Of a stretch of DNA of 32,000 nt, positions 27,504 through 32,000 are shown piece by piece. Origin of the DNA: Paracoccus suum (GTDB lineage: Bacteria > Pseudomonadota > Alphaproteobacteria > Rhodobacterales > Rhodobacteraceae); NCBI RefSeq assembly GCF_003324675.1, contig NZ_CP030918.1:2250001-2282000 (forward strand), written 5' to 3'. Both the position numbers and the translations under genes were made by a program. How positions within the stretch are numbered: the first letter of the stretch is position 1; every line of letters begins with the position of its first letter. The notes beneath the pieces were generated by a model, which ran no database searches, had not been told where the DNA came from, and saw only the letters and a program-made list of their open reading frames with translations.

Positions 27504-30233
27504 ATGACAAGCAGCAAGGGCAAAACCCGCAGCGCACGCGCGCCCCGTGGCGGCGCGCAGGACACACTGGGTCTGGACGCCCCGGTGCCAAAAGAGTCGC
27601 CGAAGGTGGCGGGGGCAGCCGCGAAGCCCGCCCGCAAGGCGCCTGGCAAGCCGGCGGCAAGCGCAGCCTCGCCACAAAACCTTGCCCCTGCGCCGGAGCC
27701 CAAGCTCGAGACTGCCGCCAAGATCGTACCTCCCCCTGGGACCGAGACCGTGCCCAAGGCACAGCCCGCCCAGAATGCTGATGCTACTCTGGCCGTTGCG
27801 CCGGTGACGCAAATGTCCGGCCTCAAGACGTCCACGGCACTGCGCGGCGCGGGCGCAGCGCCGAAACCGCGAGCAGCGCGGCGCAAGCCAGCCGCCGCCA
27901 AGCCGAAGGCGCAAGCAGCGACCCCTTCGCCGGCCCCTAAGGCGGACCCCGCGGCGACCAAGGCGGACCCGTTGGGGGCCGCCATCCCTGCCGCGACAAA
28001 GCCAAGCGCCAAGGCGAAAGCTCCCCGGAAAATCCGCGGCGCGCCTCCGCCGGCGGTGGCGCCCGCAGTCGCGCCCGAGGCCGTCGCGGCGCCAAACGCG
28101 GGTACGCGAATGGCGGTCCAGGCACCACCCGAGCCCAAGCTCATACCGACTGAACCGAAGATCACACCTAAGGAAGCAGCAACCGCAGCGGCTTCGCCTA
28201 AAACCGCGCCGGAAAAGCCGGTGGCGGCGCCTGTAGCGTCCGCCGAGGCTCAGGCCTCGCCCAACGCAAGCGCTGCTGCCCCGCAGGTGCGAACCTCCCG
28301 CGAGACAAACGCGGCATCCGTGGCGCAACCGACCGCGATGCCGCCTTCCGCCTGTGCGAAGGGCCAGTCCTCCGGCTCGCCGCTCGCCACCCCCGCGGAG
28401 GCGCAAGCGTCCGCCCCGTCTGACACCGCCGCAGGATCGCCGCCGCGCCACGCCCTCGAAGGGCTGGCCACGCTGAACCCGATGCTGCCCGAGGCGATGG
28501 CCCGGAATATCTCGCGCATCGAGGAGCTGTCGCAGCGCCTGATCGCTGCACTCGCCCAACGCCAGCCGCAGAGCGCGGGCGTTCAGGGGCCGGGGCCTGA
28601 CCTTTATCAGGCCGCGGCGCAGGGCTGGATGAAGGCCATGACCGAGCAGCCGGCCCGCCTCATTCAGGCCCAGACGAGCTACTGGGCCGAAACGCTGCGG
28701 CTTTATGCCAGTGCGCAGGCCGATCTGGCCGCCGGGCGGGTCGCGCAGGCCGATGATGACGCGCCCAAGGACCCCCGATTCCGCAACCCGCTGTGGACCA
28801 CCAACCCTTTCTTCAGCCTCGTGCGACGCCAGTACCAGATCAACGCCGCCGCAATTTCCAAGGCGGCAGCCGAGGTGCAGCCGGACGATCCCACAGCGCG
28901 CCGCCGGATCGACTGGTTTACGCGCCAGATGATCGACATGATGGCGCCCACCAATTTCCTCGCGACCAACCCCGACGCCCTGCAGCGCGCGGTCGAGACC
29001 GAGGGCGAAAGCCTGGTGCGCGGCCTCGAAAACCTTGTCGCCGATATAGAGCGCAACGGCGGCGAGGTGGTCGTCTCGCTGGTCGACCGCGACGCCTTCA
29101 CCGTGGGCGAGAATATCGCCACCAGCGAGGGCACCGTTGTCTTTCGCCACCCGCTGTTCGAGTTGATCCAGTACGCGCCGACCACCGATCAGGTGCATGA
29201 AACCCCGTTGATCCTGTTCCCGCCGTGGATCAACAAGTTCTACATCCTCGACCTGAAGCCGCAGAACAGCCTGATCCGCTGGCTGGTAGGGCAGGGGTAC
29301 ACGCTGTTCGTCATCTCGTGGCGCAATCCGGAGGTCCGGCGTGACGCGGATGTCGGCATGGACGATTACGTATCGGCCTATCTGACGGCGATGGACGAGG
29401 TCCTGGAACGGACCGGCCAGCCCAAGCTGAACGCGGTCGGCTATTGTATCGGCGGCACCACGCTGGCGCTGACGTTGGCGTTGCTGAGATCGCGGGGCGA
29501 TCAGCGTGTGGGCGCGGCGACGTTCTTCACCACGCTGACCGATTTCTCCGAAACGGGCGAGTTCACGACCTTCCTCCAGGACGATTTCCTCGGGGGGATC
29601 GACGAGGAGGTCGCGCGCACCGGGGTTCTGGGCGCGCAACTCATGTCGCGCACCTTCAGCTTTCTTCGCGCCAATGACCTGGTCTGGGCGCCGGCGATCC
29701 GCGCCTACATGCTGGGCGAGACACCGCCGGCGTTCGACCTGCTGTACTGGAACGCGGATGCGACCAACCTGCCGGGCAAGATGGCGCGTGAATACCTGCG
29801 CGGCCTTTGCCAGTCGAACGGCTTTGCCCAAGGCGGCTTCACCGTCCTTGGCCAGAAGGTGCGGCTGTCGGATGTCGATCTGCCGATCTGCGCGATCGCT
29901 TGCGAGAACGATCACATCGCGCCCTGGCTCGACTGCTGGCGCGGCTTTTCGATGACCGGCGCGCAGGACCGCACGTTCATCCTGTCCCAGTCGGGCCATA
30001 TCGCTGGAATCGTGAACCCCCCGGGGCGGATCAAATACGGCCATTATACCTCGGGGGCAGGGTTCGGGGGTAGCGCCCAAACCTGGCGCGACGCGGCCCG
30101 GTTTCTTGAGGGCAGTTGGTGGCCGACCTGGGGCGAATGGTTGGCGCCGCGCTCGGGCGGGATGGTGGCGGCGCGCGATCCCGGCGAGGGCCTCGCCCCG
30201 GCGCCTGGGACCTACGTCCACCAGCCGGCATAA
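27504..30233 (+). CDS. phaC: Class I poly(3-hydroxyalkanoate) synthase PhaC with an in-frame Ala/Pro/Lys-rich N-terminal extension
   Basis: The conserved synthase core runs from about residue 316 onward and includes the lipase-box-like GYCIGG. AGGAGGAGG SD lies 8 nt before the ATG at 27504. An alternative internal ATG at 28338 would give 631 aa but has no SD and would leave about 940 bp non-coding. The core call is secure. The start codon is the uncertain part. Confidence 0.9.
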   Translation: MTSSKGKTRSARAPRGGAQDTLGLDAPVPKESPKVAGAAAKPARKAPGKPAASAASPQNLAPAPEPKLETAAKIVPPPGTETVPKAQPAQNADATLAVAPVTQMSGLKTSTALRGAGAAPKPRAARRKPAAAKPKAQAATPSPAPKADPAATKADPLGAAIPAATKPSAKAKAPRKIRGAPPPAVAPAVAPEAVAAPNAGTRMAVQAPPEPKLIPTEPKITPKEAATAAASPKTAPEKPVAAPVASAEAQASPNASAAAPQVRTSRETNAASVAQPTAMPPSACAKGQSSGSPLATPAEAQASAPSDTAAGSPPRHALEGLATLNPMLPEAMARNISRIEELSQRLIAALAQRQPQSAGVQGPGPDLYQAAAQGWMKAMTEQPARLIQAQTSYWAETLRLYASAQADLAAGRVAQADDDAPKDPRFRNPLWTTNPFFSLVRRQYQINAAAISKAAAEVQPDDPTARRRIDWFTRQMIDMMAPTNFLATNPDALQRAVETEGESLVRGLENLVADIERNGGEVVVSLVDRDAFTVGENIATSEGTVVFRHPLFELIQYAPTTDQVHETPLILFPPWINKFYILDLKPQNSLIRWLVGQGYTLFVISWRNPEVRRDADVGMDDYVSAYLTAMDEVLERTGQPKLNAVGYCIGGTTLALTLALLRSRGDQRVGAATFFTTLTDFSETGEFTTFLQDDFLGGIDEEVARTGVLGAQLMSRTFSFLRANDLVWAPAIRAYMLGETPPAFDLLYWNADATNLPGKMAREYLRGLCQSNGFAQGGFTVLGQKVRLSDVDLPICAIACENDHIAPWLDCWRGFSMTGAQDRTFILSQSGHIAGIVNPPGRIKYGHYTSGAGFGGSAQTWRDAARFLEGSWWPTWGEWLAPRSGGMVAARDPGEGLAPAPGTYVHQPA

Positions 30234-30236
30234 TTT

Positions 30237-30253
30237 ATGCTGCGTTGCAGCAT
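30237..30253. promoter_or_regulatory. PhaR operator candidate 1 (ATGCTGC-GTT-GCAGCAT)
   Basis: Perfect 7-N3-7 palindrome, 4 nt after the phaC stop and upstream of phaP. It is a TGC/GCA-rich element of the kind reported for P. denitrificans PhaR binding sites. Confidence 0.6.
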
Positions 30254-30259
30254 TGGAGC

Positions 30260-30288
30260 TTGAAATGCTGCAACGCAGCATGTATTGT
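30260..30288 (+). promoter_or_regulatory. Putative sigma-70-type phaP promoter (TTGAAA-N17-TATTGT)
   Basis: The hexamers sit at 30260-30265 and 30283-30288 with a 17-nt spacer, about 55 nt upstream of the phaP ATG. The region is locally AT-rich in a GC-rich genome. Confidence 0.45.
30265..30281. promoter_or_regulatory. PhaR operator candidate 2 (ATGCTGC-AAC-GCAGCAT)
   Basis: Exact reverse complement of site 1, with 28 bp centre to centre. It lies within the spacer of the putative phaP promoter. Confidence 0.6.
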
Positions 30289-30341
30289 CCTGTCATCCGA
30301 TCCCCGAGTCGCACCGCGACGCTGACCCAAGGAAGACAGCC

Positions 30342-30839
30342 ATGCTCAAGCCCGCCGACTACACCCGCGCCATGCAGGACGTCATGTCGAACCTGCCGGT
30401 TGACACCTCGTCGATGCGCGATGCCCTGCGCACCCAGACCGCCCTTGGCGAAAAGATGTCGCGCGTTGCCCTCGAGGCCGCCGAGCGTTCGACCGAAGTG
30501 TCGTCGCGCTGGGCCAAGGACACGATCGCCCGTCTGGGCGAGCTGTCCTCCGCCAAGGAGCAGCCGGCTGACTACACCAAGGCGATGAGCGATTTCGCCA
30601 CTGCCGCGGCCGAACTGGCTGCCGAGCATATGGCTGCCTATGCCGAGATCGCCAAGAAAGTTCAGATGGAAACCGTTGATCTGATGCTGACCGCCGGCAA
30701 GGACATCGCCGCTGACGCGCAGAACACCGCCAAGTCGGTTGCCGAGAACGTCAGCCGTCAGGCCGAGGCCGCGACCCGCAACGTCCAGGGCGCCGTCAAC
30801 GCCGGTGCCAAGGCCGCGGCCGACAACGCCAAGTCCTGA
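30342..30839 (+). CDS. phaP: Phasin (PHA granule-associated protein)
   Basis: AAGGAAG SD precedes the ATG at 30342. The 165-aa product is Ala-rich and helical (DYTRAMQDVMSNLPVDTSSMRDALRTQTALGEKMSRVALEAAERS), matching the phasin family. It sits between phaC and phaR. Confidence 0.9.
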   Translation: MLKPADYTRAMQDVMSNLPVDTSSMRDALRTQTALGEKMSRVALEAAERSTEVSSRWAKDTIARLGELSSAKEQPADYTKAMSDFATAAAELAAEHMAAYAEIAKKVQMETVDLMLTAGKDIAADAQNTAKSVAENVSRQAEAATRNVQGAVNAGAKAAADNAKS

Positions 30840-30856
30840 TCTCGATCACTGCATGA

Positions 30857-30902
30857 TGCGGGCTTTGCCCGCAGGAACGGGGGCGGGCAACTGCCCCCGT
30901 TC
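30857..30902 (+). terminator. Tandem hairpins downstream of phaP
   Basis: TGCGGGC-TTT-GCCCGCA (30857-30873) is followed by GAACGGGGGC-GGGCAACT-GCCCCCGTTC (30875-30902, 10-bp stem). No canonical U-tract. Confidence 0.55.
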
Positions 30903-31022
30903 GCATATCCGGACGGCCTGGTTCGGTTAGCATGCCTGCCCTGACGCCGCGCTACCGCAATTGCGGTTGGCATTTGCCGGGGCAGGGGACAAAATCGCCA
31001 TTCCCAACTTGCGAGGATGCGG

Positions 31023-31637
31023 ATGTCCGATCCCAGCCCAGCCCCATCTGACGTACCCGAAGCGCGCCCCGCGCTGCTGATCAAGCGCTACGCCAGCCGC
31101 CGCCTCTACAACACCGAGACCAGCGATTACGTCACGCTCGAGGATATCGCGGCCGTGATCCGTGCCGGTCGCGAGGTCCGGATCGTGGACCTGAAATCAG
31201 GTGACGACCTGACCCGCCAGTATCTGCTGCAGATCATCGTCGAACACGAAAGCCGCGGCGAGAGCATCCTGCCGGTCGACGTGCTGACCGACCTGGTGCG
31301 CAGCTATGCGGGCAACGCCCAGAGTGTGGTGCCGCAATTCCTTGCCGCCAGCTTCGAGATGCTGCGCCAGGGCCAGACACGTATGCTCGAGAACCTGGCC
31401 AGCTTTCCCGCCCCGCTGGCGGTCCCCGGCCTCGACGCGCTCCCGGGGCTGGAGGCGCTGCGCCGCCAGCAGCAAAAGTTCCTGCAGGCGATGACCGCCA
31501 CCTGGCCCACCGCGTCGAGCGGCCCCGAGCCCGACGACGAGGACCCGCCCGGGAAAGCCGCGGCTACCGACCCTGACGAAATGGCCGAGATCCGCCGCCA
31601 GTTGGCCGAATTGCAGTCACGCATCGGCAAGCTCTGA
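31023..31637 (+). CDS. phaR: PHA synthesis repressor PhaR
   Basis: Product has [58 protein letters not shown], the PHB/PHA accumulation regulator DNA-binding domain. GAGG lies 6 nt before the ATG at 31023. Alternative ATG at 31017. Confidence 0.9.
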   Translation: MSDPSPAPSDVPEARPALLIKRYASRRLYNTETSDYVTLEDIAAVIRAGREVRIVDLKSGDDLTRQYLLQIIVEHESRGESILPVDVLTDLVRSYAGNAQSVVPQFLAASFEMLRQGQTRMLENLASFPAPLAVPGLDALPGLEALRRQQQKFLQAMTATWPTASSGPEPDDEDPPGKAAATDPDEMAEIRRQLAELQSRIGKL

Positions 31638-31675
31638 CTTGCGGGCCTGAACGCGTCCGGCTAGACGACCCTGAC

Positions 31676-31765
31676 GGAGCGGTGGCCGAGTGGTCGAAGG
31701 CGCACGCCTGGAAAGTGTGTAGGCGGGGAACCGTCTCGAGGGTTCGAATCCCTCTCGCTCCGCCA
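31676..31765 (+). tRNA. tRNA-Ser (anticodon GGA)
   Basis: I folded the cloverleaf by hand. Acceptor GGAGCGG/TCGCTCC (with a G-T pair); D arm GCCG/GGCG; anticodon stem CACGC/GTGTG with loop CTGGAAA; a long variable arm typical of class II tRNA; T arm GAGGG-TTCGAAT-CCCTC; discriminator G; CCA encoded. Confidence 0.95.
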
Positions 31766-31813
31766 GAATTCAGATTGCTAACCTGACCCCACCTCGCGGT
31801 CCGTGCCCGCGCG

Positions 31814-32000
31814 TTACCTGCTCAGCATGTCCGAATGGACCGCCGCATCCAGCCTGGTCATGAAGTTCTCGGCCTCGCACATATGCTTTGCCATGATCCC
31901 CGATACGGCGGCACGGTCGTTCGCCCGGAACGCGTCAAGCAACCGCCGGTGGCTTTCTAGGTTCGCCTGGGCGAAGGCGGCGTGTTCGTCGTGGCTGTTG
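31814..32000 (-). CDS. 3' end of a GntR/FadR-type regulator (FCD domain-like). The 5' end lies beyond the window.
   Basis: My minus-strand translation is ...[61 protein letters not shown]-stop (stop at 31814-31816). The H..L..A....D...A......H pattern resembles FCD ligand-binding domains. It is absent from the ORF track because it is truncated. Confidence 0.5.
   Translation of the reverse strand, partial: NSHDEHAAFAQANLESHRRLLDAFRANDRAAVSGIMAKHMCEAENFMTRLDAAVHSDMLSR

Noticed and set aside
28338-30233. Shorter PhaC model (631 aa) starting at the internal ATG 28338
   Set aside because: This is not fully rejected. It matches the published length of the P. denitrificans enzyme. It is disfavoured here because it lacks an SD, leaves about 940 bp unexplained, and ignores the coding-like periodicity and in-frame duplications upstream. 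It is kept as the explicit alternative in the corresponding finding.
26055-30629. A 1524-aa minus-strand ORF, the longest in the track
   Set aside because: Only its C-terminal part, about 446 codons (26055-27395), has a recognisable fold (PhaZ) and a proper SD and start. The remainder is an Arg/Gly/Pro-rich antisense shadow of phaC and phaP. It stays open only because stop codons are rare in GC-rich DNA.
31676-32000. tRNA-Ser as a genomic-island integration site
   Set aside because: The 235 bp remaining after the tRNA contain no integrase gene and no direct repeat of the tRNA 3' end. The next gene is an ordinary GntR-like regulator. This cannot be assessed further within the window.
1-32000. 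Search for CRISPR arrays, IS elements or transposases, toxin-antitoxin pairs, restriction-modification or other defence genes
   Set aside because: No spaced direct repeats, terminal inverted repeats with a transposase, or small paired ORFs were seen. Every sizeable coding region is accounted for by the GTA, housekeeping, fds or pha genes.

Overview
High-GC alphaproteobacterial chromosome segment. Gene content and order fit Rhodobacteraceae, and the phaZ-phaC-phaP-phaR layout matches the one described for Paracoccus denitrificans. From left to right: (1) positions 1-8819 hold the tail half of an RcGTA-type gene transfer agent (GTA) structural cluster, g8 to g15, plus a translationally coupled DUF2793 fibre-like ORF. 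The head half must lie upstream of the window. (2) Housekeeping genes follow: cysE, miaB, an EmrE-like SMR pump, proS, an AI-2E family permease with a long disordered tail, and hdaA. (3) A LysR regulator precedes an NAD-dependent formate dehydrogenase operon, fdsG-fdsB-fdsA-fdsD, with no fdsC. (4) Next come cspA, thrS, an alpha/beta hydrolase and a general-stress-protein-26-like flavin-barrel protein. (5) The PHA locus phaZ / phaC-phaP-phaR comes next, with very clear palindromic operators in front of phaP. (6) The window ends with tRNA-Ser(GGA) and the 3' end of a GntR/FCD-like gene. I found no CRISPR array, IS element, integrase, toxin-antitoxin pair or recognisable defence system, so I cannot support a claim of a wholly new system here. 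Most long ORFs in the six-frame track are antisense or out-of-frame shadows typical of GC-rich DNA. The observations most worth follow-up are: an in-frame Ala/Pro/Lys-rich, strongly basic N-terminal extension of about 280-315 residues on the PHA synthase; the extra DUF2793 ORF fused onto the end of the GTA cluster; the roughly 290-residue acidic tail on the AI-2E permease; and the fds operon lacking fdsC. All family assignments come from reading the translations against remembered family signatures. No database search was run.
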